Counted from the first letter of the stretch, positions 36,753 through 48,388 are shown. The stretch: DNA of 64,000 nucleotides from Thermodesulfovibrionia bacterium (GCA_947259645.1 CAMYND010000002.1:2544-66543), one strand, 5' to 3'. Made by a program: numbers and translations. Notes: a model not told the origin generated them from the letters alone.

Positions 36753-39362
36753 ATGTCAGAACCAACGCCATTAATGAGACAATATCAGGAGGTCAAGCGT
36801 AATCATCCAGATGCAATTGTTTTTTTTCGTCTCGGTGATTTCTATGAAATGTTTGGCCAGGACGCGGTAACAGCATCAAAAGTCCTTCAGATTACCCTGA
36901 CATCAAGGGACAAGGGAAAGGCCGATCCCATACCCATGTGCGGTATCCCTCATTTTGCTGCTGACAACTATATCTCAAAGCTCATAAAGGCCGGTTACAA
37001 GGTCGCGATCTGCGAGCAGGTGGAGGATCCCAAAGAGGCCAAAGGCATTGTAAAGAGGGATGTGGTCAAGGTCATAACACCGGGTACCTATCACCCTGAC
37101 AATCCGAAAGAGAATAATTTCATCGTTGGATTTTTTCAAAAGGAGAATATATATGGAATCGCCGCGGCTGATGTCACTACAGGCGAATTTTTTCTTTATC
37201 AGACCCATAACAGCCTGGAAGATGAGATAAACAGATTTCAGCCAAAGGAGATTCTCTACCCTTTTAGTCTTAAAACTACCCAGGTTGTTGAGTGTCTGCG
37301 AGATTATTATCTGACGGGGTATGACGACTGGTATTTTGATTATATAGAGGCATACCGCAAGCTTATTACCTTTTTTAAAGTGACCTCCCTTGACGGATTT
37401 GGCTGTGAAGGGATGATCGTCGCGATCTCAGCCGCAGGCGCGCTCCTGACCTACCTTGAAGAGACCCAGAAAGCCGCGCTTACTTTTAACAGGATACGTG
37501 TAGTAAGACGTGAATCAAAGATGCTGCTTGATGCCGTAACTCTGAAAAATCTTGAAATAACCGGAAACATGAGCAGCAATGAAATAGAAGGAAGTCTTCT
37601 CTGGGTCCTTGATGAGACCTTTACCCCGATGGGCGGACGGTTGCTGAGGACATGGCTTTTAAACCCGCTCCTAGACGAGGCCGAGATATGCAGGCGACAG
37701 GATGCTGTGGAGGCGCTATTACAAGATCAGGAACTGTTTTCCCGGATAGAAGCAGACCTGAAAGCTATCTCTGATCTGGAACGCCTTGCCTCGCGCATCA
37801 GCAGTGGTACTGCCAATGCAAGAGACCTTATCTCTCTGAAGAACTCTCTGGAACGGCTCCCTGATTTAAAAGAACTGCTTCACCGCTGCGAAGACGGGGT
37901 CATAAAATCCCTGTCAGACCAGATCCATCTTATATCAGACACAAGGGCATTAATTGATGAATCCATTGCAGATGAGCCCCCTATGACGGTCAGGGAGGGC
38001 GGGCTGATTAAAAAAGGTTTCAATGCTGATATTGATGAACTGAGAGATATGAGCAGCAGCGGAAAAGACTTTATAGCGGCTCTGCAAACACGGGAGCGGG
38101 AAAAAACAGGGATTTCCTCTCTTAAAGTGGGATTTAACAAGGTCTTTGGATATTACATAGAAGTCACCAAATCCAATGCCTCCCAGGTGCCTGAGGAGTA
38201 TATAAGAAAACAGACACTTGTCAATGGTGAACGATTTATCACTCCGGAACTAAAGGAATACGAGGCAAAAGTGCTTGGCGCTGAGGAACGGCTCAGGAAC
38301 CTGGAGTATGAAGTTTTTCTCGGCATACGCGAGAAAATATCAGGCAAGACCGAAAATATTCAGGAAACAGCAGCAGCGATCGCAGAGCTCGATGTGTATC
38401 ACAGTTTTTCAGATATTGCAAAGAAATATCGGTATGAGCGTCCTCTTGTGTATGATGGTGATGAAATAAAAATATCCGAGGGCAGACATCCTGTGCTCGA
38501 CCGGATGACCCTTGGAGATAAATTCATTCCAAACGACTGCTTAATGGACCTCAATTCAAACAATATCTCGATTATCACGGGCCCGAACATGGCGGGGAAA
38601 TCGACCTATATGAGGCAGGCAGCCCTTATCGTTTTGATGGCTCAGATCGGAAGCTTTGTGCCTGCGGCTGAAGCCAGGGTCGGCATCGTTGACCGAATTT
38701 TCACGAGGATCGGGGCCTCAGATGTTATTTCCCGGGGACAGAGCACCTTTATGGTGGAGATGATAGAAACAGCCAATATACTGAACAACGCTACAGAAAA
38801 AAGTCTGATCCTGCTTGATGAGGTAGGGAGGGGGACGAGCACCTTTGACGGTATCAGTATTGCCTGGGCTGTTGTCGAATATATTGCAAAGGAATTAAAG
38901 GCGAGAACACTGTTCGCTACTCATTACCATGAACTCACTGAGCTTTCGCTGATTCTCACGGGAATACGAAATTTAAATGTAGCTGTAAAAGAGTGGGGTG
39001 ATGAGATAATTTTTCTCAGGAGGATTGAAGAAGGCGGTGCGGACAAAAGCTATGGCATTCAGGTTGCCAGGCTTGCGGGCCTGCCCGAAACAGCGATCAA
39101 CAGGGCAAAAGATATCCTCTCTAATCTGGAAAAGTCAGAGCTGAATGAACTGGGTGCTCCAAAACTTGCCTACGCCCCTGGCAACGATGCGCCTCAGGCC
39201 CAGGGAGTCGGGCAACTCGACCTCTTTGCCACGCAGGCTGATCCTGTTGTAAAAGAACTGCTGGGCCTTGATATTATGAGCATGACTCCTCTTGAGGCGC
39301 TGAACAAGCTCTCTGAAATGAAGAAAAAGTTAAATAAAGCGAAAGAGAAAAAAGCGGAATAA
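36753..39362 (+). CDS. mutS: DNA mismatch repair protein MutS
   Basis: TPLMRQY, GDFYEMF, TGPNMAGKSTYMRQ, DEVGRGTSTFDG, SYGIQVARLAG. Confidence 0.97.
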   Translation: MSEPTPLMRQYQEVKRNHPDAIVFFRLGDFYEMFGQDAVTASKVLQITLTSRDKGKADPIPMCGIPHFAADNYISKLIKAGYKVAICEQVEDPKEAKGIVKRDVVKVITPGTYHPDNPKENNFIVGFFQKENIYGIAAADVTTGEFFLYQTHNSLEDEINRFQPKEILYPFSLKTTQVVECLRDYYLTGYDDWYFDYIEAYRKLITFFKVTSLDGFGCEGMIVAISAAGALLTYLEETQKAALTFNRIRVVRRESKMLLDAVTLKNLEITGNMSSNEIEGSLLWVLDETFTPMGGRLLRTWLLNPLLDEAEICRRQDAVEALLQDQELFSRIEADLKAISDLERLASRISSGTANARDLISLKNSLERLPDLKELLHRCEDGVIKSLSDQIHLISDTRALIDESIADEPPMTVREGGLIKKGFNADIDELRDMSSSGKDFIAALQTREREKTGISSLKVGFNKVFGYYIEVTKSNASQVPEEYIRKQTLVNGERFITPELKEYEAKVLGAEERLRNLEYEVFLGIREKISGKTENIQETAAAIAELDVYHSFSDIAKKYRYERPLVYDGDEIKISEGRHPVLDRMTLGDKFIPNDCLMDLNSNNISIITGPNMAGKSTYMRQAALIVLMAQIGSFVPAAEARVGIVDRIFTRIGASDVISRGQSTFMVEMIETANILNNATEKSLILLDEVGRGTSTFDGISIAWAVVEYIAKELKARTLFATHYHELTELSLILTGIRNLNVAVKEWGDEIIFLRRIEEGGADKSYGIQVARLAGLPETAINRAKDILSNLEKSELNELGAPKLAYAPGNDAPQAQGVGQLDLFATQADPVVKELLGLDIMSMTPLEALNKLSEMKKKLNKAKEKKAE

Positions 39363-39395
39363 TCCGGGAGCATTCACAATATATTTTCCGGCTCT

Positions 39396-40256
39396 TTAAA
39401 AGGCCCGTGCCCTGAAGTCCAAATCCCTGTATTGAAAAATAATTCCTGTTTCGGTGATTTCCCTGACTTTTAACTGACCGGTCACTGTATCACCTTCACG
39501 GACAATGCTGCCGTTAATGTTTGCCATACGGGAAGACGGGTTGCCGGAATAAATATGTCCGGCAATGGTAAATTTTGGAATTTCCTTTTTCAGCTCAGCC
39601 GGAAGCTCACTATAAAGCCGGATCTCCTGTTCAGCGCTGTTGATCAATCTTTCAGCAGGCTCTTCTTCATCCTGAATTATCATACTGCCGGCGACGTCCT
39701 GCTCATCCTTGATAATCTTTTTGAGCGCTTCAAGCTCTTCGACAGAAGGATTCAGTTCCAGGGTTTCCTCAGGGGCATACTGGGTATCCGCTTCATCAGA
39801 AACAGAAGGTTCATCATAAGGGACCGCTTCCTCCGCAACCGGTTCCGCTGATTTCTTAACTGCTTCTGTTGCTGGTTCTACCAAAGCGTTCTCTGTTTTC
39901 GGAAGCGCTGCCATATCTTGTTTTATTGCAGGCATGTTATCTCTCTGAACAGCAGCGGGTGGAGTCAGTTCCGGCTCGCTTTTACTGATGTTTTTTACTG
40001 TTGGCTCAGCAATCTCTCGTGACGGCTCACGTGCAGCAGATAACGTTTCCGGCTTACTGTCACCTGAATCTGACCGCAGCAGCCATACTGACAGAATAAC
40101 CGCATTGATCAGTAAGGCTATGAATAAGATATAGGGCCATGCAGGCCGTTTCCGCGGTCTGTGCATTCCCACGGTATGAACGGTTGACAGGTTTGGAACA
40201 TTGCCTGCGCTGCGCTTTTCATCCAGTTTTTTCAGTGCATCGAGAATAAAAGACAT
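39396..40256 (-). CDS. gspB: General secretion pathway protein GspB/ExeB
   Basis: MSFILDALKK N-terminus, single TM, C-terminal GHIYS..ING..REGD. Confidence 0.85.
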   Translation of the reverse strand: MSFILDALKKLDEKRSAGNVPNLSTVHTVGMHRPRKRPAWPYILFIALLINAVILSVWLLRSDSGDSKPETLSAAREPSREIAEPTVKNISKSEPELTPPAAVQRDNMPAIKQDMAALPKTENALVEPATEAVKKSAEPVAEEAVPYDEPSVSDEADTQYAPEETLELNPSVEELEALKKIIKDEQDVAGSMIIQDEEEPAERLINSAEQEIRLYSELPAELKKEIPKFTIAGHIYSGNPSSRMANINGSIVREGDTVTGQLKVREITETGIIFQYRDLDFRARAF

Positions 40257-40258
40257 AT

Positions 40259-41917
40259 TCAGCTGCCCTCACCGTTCTTTGGCACTAATGACGGAAACGA
40301 TGTTCCTGTTATGCTGTTAATCCGGAGAAAGGTCTGCATGCCCACAACACCGTCGGGTTTCAAGCCTTCAGAGCGCTGAAAGTTTTTGACACGATTTACC
40401 AGTGCTTGAGTATAGGTCATCCCTGTGTCAGGCGGGGCGGACCTCCCCTCAATAATCGCAAGCTGTTGAGCAAGCCACGGAACTGCGGGATTCTTATTCC
40501 CCGGAAAGATGCTCGACTTGTAATGAGGCGGTGCTTTCCAGAGAAGCAGGTAGTCACCAAACCAGAGGTCCTCTATACTTTTGACCGGGACGACCAGATC
40601 ATCAGTTCCGATAGTAATGTATGCTCTATCATTGATCAGCCCTGTCAGGGTGCCGAAAAACATCTGTCCCTGTTTATCATACAAACGTAAAACAGCAGGG
40701 CGGTTTAAATACATGATACTGCGAAGATTTCCACTGCGGTATGAGCAGTGCAGCCCAAGGGTAAGGGCGTGATCACAGGGGTGACCCTTTTGCTCCGCCC
40801 TGTATTCTGCGTCCCACTGTCTAAAGAGAGATTGAAATGCCAGAGTTTCACTCTGTTCTACAGGCTGGTCACCGGGCCATTTAAGAACCTCATCCTGCAT
40901 CGAGTCATCCGGCAAAAGATCTTTTACTGCGGCAGGTTTATACATGTACACCTCGTCTGAATTGAGTACGCTGTCATCAGAAAGAGTTGTCTTCTGCAGC
41001 GGTGTTTTCTTGTAATAGGTTGACGCAAGAACGACCCCGACCGCGCATACAATGATCAGCGGTAAGACCCAGGTATAAGCACTTTTCTTGCGTTGATACT
41101 CATCATTCCCCGGCTGGCCGAATATTTCGAGGGCCGCACTCTTCATGATTGACTTGCTGACCTGTTTTTCCCCGCGGGTATAGGTTCCCAGCAGGGAGCG
41201 GTCGCAGATGACATTGATCAAACGGGGGACCCCTCCCGTTAATTTGTACAGATGGTTGATAGTCCCTTCAGAGAACAGCTGTTCCCGGGAACCTGCAACA
41301 GCGAGACGATGTGAAAGATATGCACCAATTTCCTGGCGCGAAAGAGATCCGAGATGATATCTGGCTATGATACGCTGCGATAATTGCCGTAATTCAGGCT
41401 GCGCAAGCTTGTCTCTTAATTCCGGCTGACCGAGGAGGATTATCTGCAGAAGTTTTTGATGGCTTGTTTCCAGGTTTGTCAGAAGCCTGAGCTGTTCAAG
41501 AACATCAGGGCTGAGGTTCTGCGCCTCATCGATTATGAGAACGGTCTTGCGGCCCTGCGCATGTGACTCAAAGAGGAAATTGTTAATGAGGTCTATAAAT
41601 ATTTTAATACTGCTGTTTTCCTGATACATGATGCCGAATTCGTCGCAGACCGTTGCAAGAAGCTCCTCGACCGTTAACTTCGGATTCAGTATAAAAGCGA
41701 TGGCACTGTTTTCAGGTACCTGATCAAGGAGACAGCGACAGACAGTTGTTTTGCCTGTACCCACTTCTCCTGTAAGCAGGACAAACCCTCCGTCGCTGCT
41801 GAACCCATAGACAAGATGGGCCAGCGCTTCCCTGTGCTGCTCACTCATATACAGATAACGAGGGTCTGGAGCGATAGAGAAGGGAGATTCCTTTAATCCG
41901 AAATATTCATAGTACAT
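40259..41917 (-). CDS. exeA: ExeA/GspA AAA ATPase with peptidoglycan-binding domain
   Basis: PFSIAPDPRYLY, GEVGTGKTT, DEAQNL, TM, FQRSEGLKPDGVVG. Confidence 0.9.
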   Translation of the reverse strand: MYYEYFGLKESPFSIAPDPRYLYMSEQHREALAHLVYGFSSDGGFVLLTGEVGTGKTTVCRCLLDQVPENSAIAFILNPKLTVEELLATVCDEFGIMYQENSSIKIFIDLINNFLFESHAQGRKTVLIIDEAQNLSPDVLEQLRLLTNLETSHQKLLQIILLGQPELRDKLAQPELRQLSQRIIARYHLGSLSRQEIGAYLSHRLAVAGSREQLFSEGTINHLYKLTGGVPRLINVICDRSLLGTYTRGEKQVSKSIMKSAALEIFGQPGNDEYQRKKSAYTWVLPLIIVCAVGVVLASTYYKKTPLQKTTLSDDSVLNSDEVYMYKPAAVKDLLPDDSMQDEVLKWPGDQPVEQSETLAFQSLFRQWDAEYRAEQKGHPCDHALTLGLHCSYRSGNLRSIMYLNRPAVLRLYDKQGQMFFGTLTGLINDRAYITIGTDDLVVPVKSIEDLWFGDYLLLWKAPPHYKSSIFPGNKNPAVPWLAQQLAIIEGRSAPPDTGMTYTQALVNRVKNFQRSEGLKPDGVVGMQTFLRINSITGTSFPSLVPKNGEGS

Positions 41918-42151
41918 AGTGCTTAACCGTTGTTTAAACCTGCCATATACTCATTAGGTATGGAAAACCTTTATTTTCGAGTCAGATAACTTTCTTTAAG
42001 ATTAATATACGGCTTTATGAAAATACAACTTCAATTTAGGGTGAGTCTTTTGTTCAGATCAGGAATAGTGCTCAGCGCACGGGAACGGCTTATCTCCGAG
42101 AGCATGATTTATGAGAGAAATTACTTGCACTTACTCAGGGGAAAATATAAT

Positions 42152-43009
42152 ATGGTAAAAAACAGAGGTTCAACTGATCCTATGGCCAGATATAAGAAAA
42201 TAGATTACAGGAAAAGCTGGAAAGAGATTATTTACTCAATCATATTTGAGGCTGATACATTTGAGGGTAAATGGTTTGATATCGCGCTCATTTTGAGCAT
42301 CATTGCGAGCGTTGTCGTGGTGATGTTTGACAGCGTACAGTCAATAGAGTCAGTACATGGTGACCTGCTGTACAAAATCGAGTGGTTTTTCACGATTCTC
42401 TTTACGCTGGAGTATATTTTGCGCCTTCTGACCATAGGCCAGCCTGCCAAATATGCCAGGAGTTTTTTCGGGATTGTAGACTTGATGGCAATACTTCCCA
42501 CCTATGTAAGCCTGTTAATTCCAGGCAGCCAGTACCTGATAGCCATACGGATATTACGAATACTCAGGGTGTTTCGCGTACTTAAAATGGCGCAATATAT
42601 GCAGGAGTCACGCGTGCTGATACAGGCGCTCTATGCAAGCCGTCGGAAGATTGCGGTATTTCTCTTTGCCGTCTTGACCATAGTCGTGATTTTTGGGTCA
42701 TTGATGTACCTGATAGAGGGAGAGGAGCATGGTTTTACCAGTATTCCCCGCAGCGTGTACTGGGCTGTTGTAACGTTGACAACTGTTGGCTATGGAGACA
42801 TTTCTCCCCAGACAAACGTGGGACAGGTGCTTGCATCCATCATCATGATACTGGGGTACGGAATTATCGCTGTTCCCACCGGGATTGTTACGGTGGAACT
42901 TGCACATGCCAAGGACGCACAAAAAATGCACAGGGTATGTCCGGAGTGCAGCGCGGAAGATCACAGCCCCGATGCTGTGCATTGCAAGCGGTGCGGATCT
43001 AAACTGTAA
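42152..43009 (+). CDS. Voltage-gated-type K+ channel (Ion_trans) with C-terminal Zn ribbon
   Basis: S4 RILRILRVFRVLK, filter TTVGYGD, CPEC..HCKRCG; start uncertain (42152 or 42182). Confidence 0.88.
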   Translation: MVKNRGSTDPMARYKKIDYRKSWKEIIYSIIFEADTFEGKWFDIALILSIIASVVVVMFDSVQSIESVHGDLLYKIEWFFTILFTLEYILRLLTIGQPAKYARSFFGIVDLMAILPTYVSLLIPGSQYLIAIRILRILRVFRVLKMAQYMQESRVLIQALYASRRKIAVFLFAVLTIVVIFGSLMYLIEGEEHGFTSIPRSVYWAVVTLTTVGYGDISPQTNVGQVLASIIMILGYGIIAVPTGIVTVELAHAKDAQKMHRVCPECSAEDHSPDAVHCKRCGSKL

Positions 43010-43148
43010 CATATCACCTGATTTACCGTTCTCATGCAATCAAAGGGCGTTATCATCGTCCTGAGGTTGATTTAATAAAAGAGGTTGTAAATTGAAGCAG
43101 GAGGTATTATGCTGTAGGTACTGAGAGATCAGGAAAAGGGAGGATTAT

Positions 43149-43763
43149 ATGTTTAAACGAAGGGAATCCAAAGACACAGAACCGGAACAATACAGGGAGG
43201 ATGAAAAAATGGAAGCTCTGGATAAAATTCCAAAGGGGGTATCAGCGGGTCACCGGCCGAATTCAATTGTAAAAGGCAGCAAGCTGACTGGAGATATCAT
43301 AATAAACTATGACATGGAAATGGACGGGGAGGTCGAAGGAAATATTACCTCCGAGCAAAAATCCAATGTGATCATTAAAGGCAGCTGCAAGGGGAATATT
43401 CATACAAAAGAAGGCAATGTCGATATTGAAGGAAAAATGAGCAAAGGTGATATTGTTGCCGGAGGGGACATAAGAATAACAGGAAGCTTCAAGGGAGGCA
43501 AAGTGGAGTCCCGTGGCACTATATATGTCAATGGGGAGTTCAGCGGCAAACTGGAGGCTAAAGACATAGAAATAGGCGCCGGCGCGAAAGGATCGGGAGA
43601 ACTGTTTTACCGCGAGCATATTGCCATTGCAAAAGGGGCTGATGTGGAAGTAAACATAAGCCGCCTGCAGGGGAGCCAGAAAGAGCAAAAGAAAAATTCA
43701 GAGGCAAAGGTTGTAAATATAGAGAGGACTGTTCAGGAAATAAAGGAAGAGAAAAAAAAGTAA
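43149..43763 (+). CDS. Bactofilin (extended beta-helix)
   Basis: SIVKGSKLTGDI, MDGEVEGNI and many G-x-I/V repeats. Confidence 0.75.
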   Translation: MFKRRESKDTEPEQYREDEKMEALDKIPKGVSAGHRPNSIVKGSKLTGDIIINYDMEMDGEVEGNITSEQKSNVIIKGSCKGNIHTKEGNVDIEGKMSKGDIVAGGDIRITGSFKGGKVESRGTIYVNGEFSGKLEAKDIEIGAGAKGSGELFYREHIAIAKGADVEVNISRLQGSQKEQKKNSEAKVVNIERTVQEIKEEKKK

Positions 43764-43940
43764 TATTTATATCCGTGTAAATGCCTGAAAAAATCATAAA
43801 GACCTGCCGGAGCTGTAAGCGAAAAAAAGCAATGATTACTTTCAATGACAGAGACTTTATTGACAAAAAATAAACTATCCATTAAAGTCTTTTATCATTG
43901 TTAGCGCCTGATCAGACTCTGAAAAGAAAGGGGTACCATT

Positions 43941-44261
43941 ATGGAAAGAAGACGTACCGAGAGACACACTGTTAAATTGAAAGCTGAACGCCTTTCCTGT
44001 ACGCATAACTGTTCTGTGTTCATTGAGAACCTGTCGGAACGCGGCATCCATCTGATTACAACCCCGCCGAAGAAAAAGGACTATATACCCGGCTCTGAAA
44101 TTGATCTGAGGTTTGAACTTAAATCAGGTGATGAGATCAAGCTGAACTGTAATGTGAAATGGGCCTACAATAACTCGAAAGAGGACATGACCAACAGCGT
44201 TGGTCTTGAAATTGTTGATCCTCCCGATGAGTACAAGGATTTTTTAAAGACACTCCAGTAA
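43941..44261 (+). CDS. Stand-alone PilZ domain protein
   Basis: RRTER, NLSERG, VKW, VGLE. Confidence 0.82.
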   Translation: MERRRTERHTVKLKAERLSCTHNCSVFIENLSERGIHLITTPPKKKDYIPGSEIDLRFELKSGDEIKLNCNVKWAYNNSKEDMTNSVGLEIVDPPDEYKDFLKTLQ

Positions 44262-44275
44262 ATCAGGGTAACTGT

Positions 44276-45415
44276 TTAAAACTCCAGAACCATTTCTATC
44301 CCTCTGTCCAGATGTTCAATGGGGGAATAAAAATGAGGGGAGAAACGAATCCCGCCGCTGCGGTGTGCACAGATAACCCTGTTGCTCATAAGGTATTCAT
44401 AGAGGGCGCCATTATCCCGGTTCAGCCGCTGGAACGTCACGATACCCGCATACCTTCCCTGTTCCCGGGAAGTTATAAGCTCAAGTTCATGCCGGGAATC
44501 AATGATATTCATTAAATACTCGCTTCTCCTGAGAACTTCTTTCTCAACAGACTCCATACCTGCCTCAAGGAGCAGCGACAGACTTGCCTGCAGAGCATGA
44601 ATGCCTATCATGTTCGGACTCCCGCATTCAAATCGGCGGGCCGTCAGAGAAGGCTCCCAGTCCCTTCTGTCAAAGTCCCCTAATGCCCTGACCATATGCC
44701 ACCCGTATTGATTAAGGGTCAGGCGATCTCTCGATGCAGGGGAGCTGTAGAAAATAGCGAGACCCTCGGGCCCGAGCATCCATTTGTGACCGTCAGCCAT
44801 AACAAAATCCGCCTGTATGTCCATGACATCAAAAGGGACCGCTCCGACACTTTGTATAGCATCAACGCAAAACAGAATATTTTTGTCTTTGCAGAACTGC
44901 CCCACGGTGTTCAGATCAGTCTTCAGGCCCGTGGAGAACTGAACTGAACTGATAGTAAGCAATCTGGTTTTAGCATCTACCAGTGAGAAGAGGGCTTCTT
45001 CCGGTGAAGCAGCGCTCTTCAGGTCTGCTTCCCTGAATTCAACACCTCTTTTTGCAAGAGACTGCCATACAATCCTGTTGGAAGGAAACTCATCATTGCT
45101 GCTGACTATATTGTCTCCCGCGGACCAGTCTATTCCGTAGGCGACTATCGACAAAGCCTCTGAAGTGTTTTTAAGAAGAGCGATGTCATTAGAAGAGGGA
45201 GCATTGATTAGTTCGCCGGCCTTTCTTTTCAGGCTTTCCTCAACTTTGAGCCATTCCAGATACCGGGCTGAGCCTTCATATAGATTTTCATCGGCAAACT
45301 TCCGGACAGCCTCTGCGGTGCGACGGGGCCAGGGAGAAACACCGGCATGATTCAGATATGCGAGGTCTTCACGCAGGTTAAATTCATTTAATATACTCTT
45401 GTTCATTCGCGGCAT
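44276..45415 (-). CDS. Class V PLP aminotransferase (CsdA-like)
   Basis: YLNHAG, NTSEA, DAIQSVG, DGHKWMLGP, RFSPHFY. Confidence 0.85.
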   Translation of the reverse strand: MPRMNKSILNEFNLREDLAYLNHAGVSPWPRRTAEAVRKFADENLYEGSARYLEWLKVEESLKRKAGELINAPSSNDIALLKNTSEALSIVAYGIDWSAGDNIVSSNDEFPSNRIVWQSLAKRGVEFREADLKSAASPEEALFSLVDAKTRLLTISSVQFSTGLKTDLNTVGQFCKDKNILFCVDAIQSVGAVPFDVMDIQADFVMADGHKWMLGPEGLAIFYSSPASRDRLTLNQYGWHMVRALGDFDRRDWEPSLTARRFECGSPNMIGIHALQASLSLLLEAGMESVEKEVLRRSEYLMNIIDSRHELELITSREQGRYAGIVTFQRLNRDNGALYEYLMSNRVICAHRSGGIRFSPHFYSPIEHLDRGIEMVLEF

Positions 45416-45439
45416 ACATGCGCTGTGATTATGAAAGGC

Positions 45440-47332
45440 CTACTTCTGTGCTTCCTTAATAATTCTCTCCACATCTTCTCTTTCAAGGATCTCTTCCTTG
45501 ATAAGCTCTTCAGCCAGCCTTTCAAGGGCAGGTTTATTTGACGATAATATTACTTCAGCCCGTTCCTCTGCATCAACGATCAACTTTCGTATCTCCTGGT
45601 CCATAAGCCAAGCCATGTCATCACTATAATGCTTAGGTGCGGACAACTCTCTGCCAAGGAATGGATGTTCCTCACCCCTGCCCAGACTGATCGGGCCGAC
45701 TTTATCACTCATCCCCCACTGAGCGACCATCTTTTCCGCAAGAGAAGAAGCCTCTTTTAAGTCGCTTTGAGCACCGGTGCTGACATCATTGAATATGATC
45801 TTCTCGGCGACTCTTCCTGCCATTGCAACGCACAGTCTGTTCATGAGATATGATTTCGGATAATAATGTCTGTCTTCTTCCGGCAGCAACTGGGTGACAC
45901 CCATGGCCATGCCGCGGGGAATTATGCTTACTTTATGAATAGGATCAGTCCCGGGAAGCTGATGGGCTACAAGGGTGTGACCGGCTTCATGGTAGGCTGT
46001 TATCTTTTTTTCCAGTTCACTGACAGTGTCATCTCGGACAGCACCCATAAGAATTTTGTCACGGGCTTCGTCAAAGTCATCCATCTCGATTTTCTCTTTA
46101 TTATTTCTGATTGCTATTAAAGCAGCCTCATTTGTCAGATTTTCAAGATCAGCGCCTGACATGCCCGGTGTGCCCTTTGCAATCTCTCCGAGGTCTATCT
46201 GATCTGACAGGATTTTATCTTTCACATGCACTTCCAGTATTGCCTTTCGGTCTTTGACACCAGGCCGGTCAATTACTACATGTCTATCAAAACGACCCGG
46301 CCGCAAAAGAGCGGCATCAAGAACATCAGGCCTGTTTGTTGCCGCAATCACAATTACTTCCTCATTCTGTTCAAACCCGTCGAGCTCACTTAAAAGCTGG
46401 TTCAGGGTCTGCTCTCTCTCATCGTGTCCTCCACCGAGTCCTGCACCCCGGGTCCGCCCAACCGCATCAATTTCATCTATGAAAATAATGCTTGGCTGAG
46501 ACGCCTTTGCCTTGAGGAACATGTCCCGAACACGGGAAGCGCCAACACCGACAAACATCTCAATAAACTCTGATGCGCTTATGCTGTAAAAAGGGACTTT
46601 TGCCTCGCCTGCAACGGCCCGGGCAAGGAGGGTTTTTCCTGTACCGGGAGGTCCTATCAACAGTACACCTCTGGGCACTTTGGCGCCCAATTTTCGAAAT
46701 TTTGTCGGATCCTTCAGGAAATCTATTGTCTCTTTCAGCTCACGCTTGGCATTTTCCATGCCTGCTACATCCTGAAAGGATATATCAGATTTTTCAGCGC
46801 TATGGAGCTTTGCCTTGCTGGATCCGAATGAGAAAAGGCCCCCCGGCCCTCCCTGAACTTTCTGGGCACTCCGCATTATGATCAACCAGATCCCTATAAT
46901 CACTATCCAGGGAAGCAACCCTACCACAAACTGCCAGAATGGCGATAGATGTTCTGAAGACTCAACATCTATAAAAACACCTTTTTCCCTAAGAAGCAAA
47001 ATCAGTCCCTCCCCCTGAAATGAAGGAAGAACTGTCAGAAATTTATTGATTTTTCTGGATTGAGGTGCGTTGGGAAGATAGAGATCAATACTTTTCTTTA
47101 ATTCCCCTCTGATATGAAGTTCTTTAATGGTTACTGAAAGAACATTATCAGCATTCAGCTGCTCCATAAATTCACTGTAACTGATCTTCTGAGTCGCTGG
47201 CTCTCTCACTTCAGACATGAGGCTGGACAGGTATATACTGATAACAGCAAGGACCATGATGATGAAGAACCTTGATTTGGGGTCTTTTGCTTTGTCAGTT
47301 AGATAGGTTTTGATATCAGGATCTTCAGGCAT
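45440..47332 (-). CDS. ftsH: ATP-dependent Zn metalloprotease FtsH
   Basis: 2 [33 protein letters not shown]. Confidence 0.96.
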   Translation of the reverse strand: MPEDPDIKTYLTDKAKDPKSRFFIIMVLAVISIYLSSLMSEVREPATQKISYSEFMEQLNADNVLSVTIKELHIRGELKKSIDLYLPNAPQSRKINKFLTVLPSFQGEGLILLLREKGVFIDVESSEHLSPFWQFVVGLLPWIVIIGIWLIIMRSAQKVQGGPGGLFSFGSSKAKLHSAEKSDISFQDVAGMENAKRELKETIDFLKDPTKFRKLGAKVPRGVLLIGPPGTGKTLLARAVAGEAKVPFYSISASEFIEMFVGVGASRVRDMFLKAKASQPSIIFIDEIDAVGRTRGAGLGGGHDEREQTLNQLLSELDGFEQNEEVIVIAATNRPDVLDAALLRPGRFDRHVVIDRPGVKDRKAILEVHVKDKILSDQIDLGEIAKGTPGMSGADLENLTNEAALIAIRNNKEKIEMDDFDEARDKILMGAVRDDTVSELEKKITAYHEAGHTLVAHQLPGTDPIHKVSIIPRGMAMGVTQLLPEEDRHYYPKSYLMNRLCVAMAGRVAEKIIFNDVSTGAQSDLKEASSLAEKMVAQWGMSDKVGPISLGRGEEHPFLGRELSAPKHYSDDMAWLMDQEIRKLIVDAEERAEVILSSNKPALERLAEELIKEEILEREDVERIIKEAQK

Positions 47333-47653
47333 AATTATTTTTCAGTTGCAGCGAGAGCACGTTGTTCCTTTCATTTTTCTGTAGAGAACGGTATTACCGG
47401 AATCCTCTAACTATTGTATTGTTATCAAAAAAAAAGTATAAGTCAATGTCAGGGCACTAAATATCAGGGGCAATAAATAAAAGGAGCTGCCATAATTGTC
47501 TTTCTCGATACCTCGATGACGAGTTGGGTTAGAGTGATTAATTGTGGCACTTTTTTATGGAAATGGTGTTTAATATGTTGTATGTTTTTTATGAATATGG
47601 TTTATTTTACCGTGAGCTGCTGAAAAATTTCATATACACATCAGGGTGAATCT

Positions 47654-48388
47654 ATGAATACGGTCATAACTGCAGGCATCATTATCATCGGAAACGAGAT
47701 TCTCTCAGGCAAAGTGAGGGATGCCAATTCCTTTTACCTTGCCAGTCAGCTGAGGGAGCTTGGTGTTGATGTCAAGCGAATCTCTGTAATTCCGGACGAA
47801 ATAGAGATAATAGGTGATGAAGTCCTGAGGTTTTCAGAAACATATGATCATGTTTTTACGGCTGGTGGCATCGGTCCGACCCATGATGACGTAACAATGG
47901 CCGGAATTGCCCATGGCTTTGGCGTACCGCTGAAAGAGCATCCGGAAATTAAAGAGATATTCAACGAAAAAATTGATCTGGCACTGAACAGCGCTCTGAT
48001 GAAGATGACACAAGTCCCTGAAGGCAGCAAGGTTGAATACAGGGAAGGGATGAGATTTCCCATAGTTTCCTTCAGGAATATCTATATATTCCCGGGGATA
48101 CCTGAATATATAATAAAAAAATTTGCATTTATCAAAGAGAAATTCAGGTCATCAGCGTTCTATCTGAAACGCCTGTATTTAAACTGTCATGAATCAGGTA
48201 TAGCCCATACATTAAACAACATTGTGTCGAAATATAATAATGTGATATTTGGCTCCTATCCGGTACTCGGGCAGCCTGATTTCCGGGTGATTATTACCGC
48301 TGAATCGAAATCCGAGGAAGATCTAAATGATGCGTTAAGCGCACTTGTCAAGGCGCTGCCCGGAGACATCATAACAAGGACACGGTAG
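47654..48388 (+). CDS. COG1058 / CinA N-terminal (molybdopterin-binding-like) pyrophosphatase
   Basis: IGNEILSG..DAN, GGIGPTHDDVT, FPGIP; no PncC domain. Confidence 0.85.
   Translation: MNTVITAGIIIIGNEILSGKVRDANSFYLASQLRELGVDVKRISVIPDEIEIIGDEVLRFSETYDHVFTAGGIGPTHDDVTMAGIAHGFGVPLKEHPEIKEIFNEKIDLALNSALMKMTQVPEGSKVEYREGMRFPIVSFRNIYIFPGIPEYIIKKFAFIKEKFRSSAFYLKRLYLNCHESGIAHTLNNIVSKYNNVIFGSYPVLGQPDFRVIITAESKSEEDLNDALSALVKALPGDIITRTR

Noticed and set aside
47545-47560. sigma54 promoter at TGGCAC
   Set aside because: No GC at the -12 position; the sequence is part of a hairpin arm.
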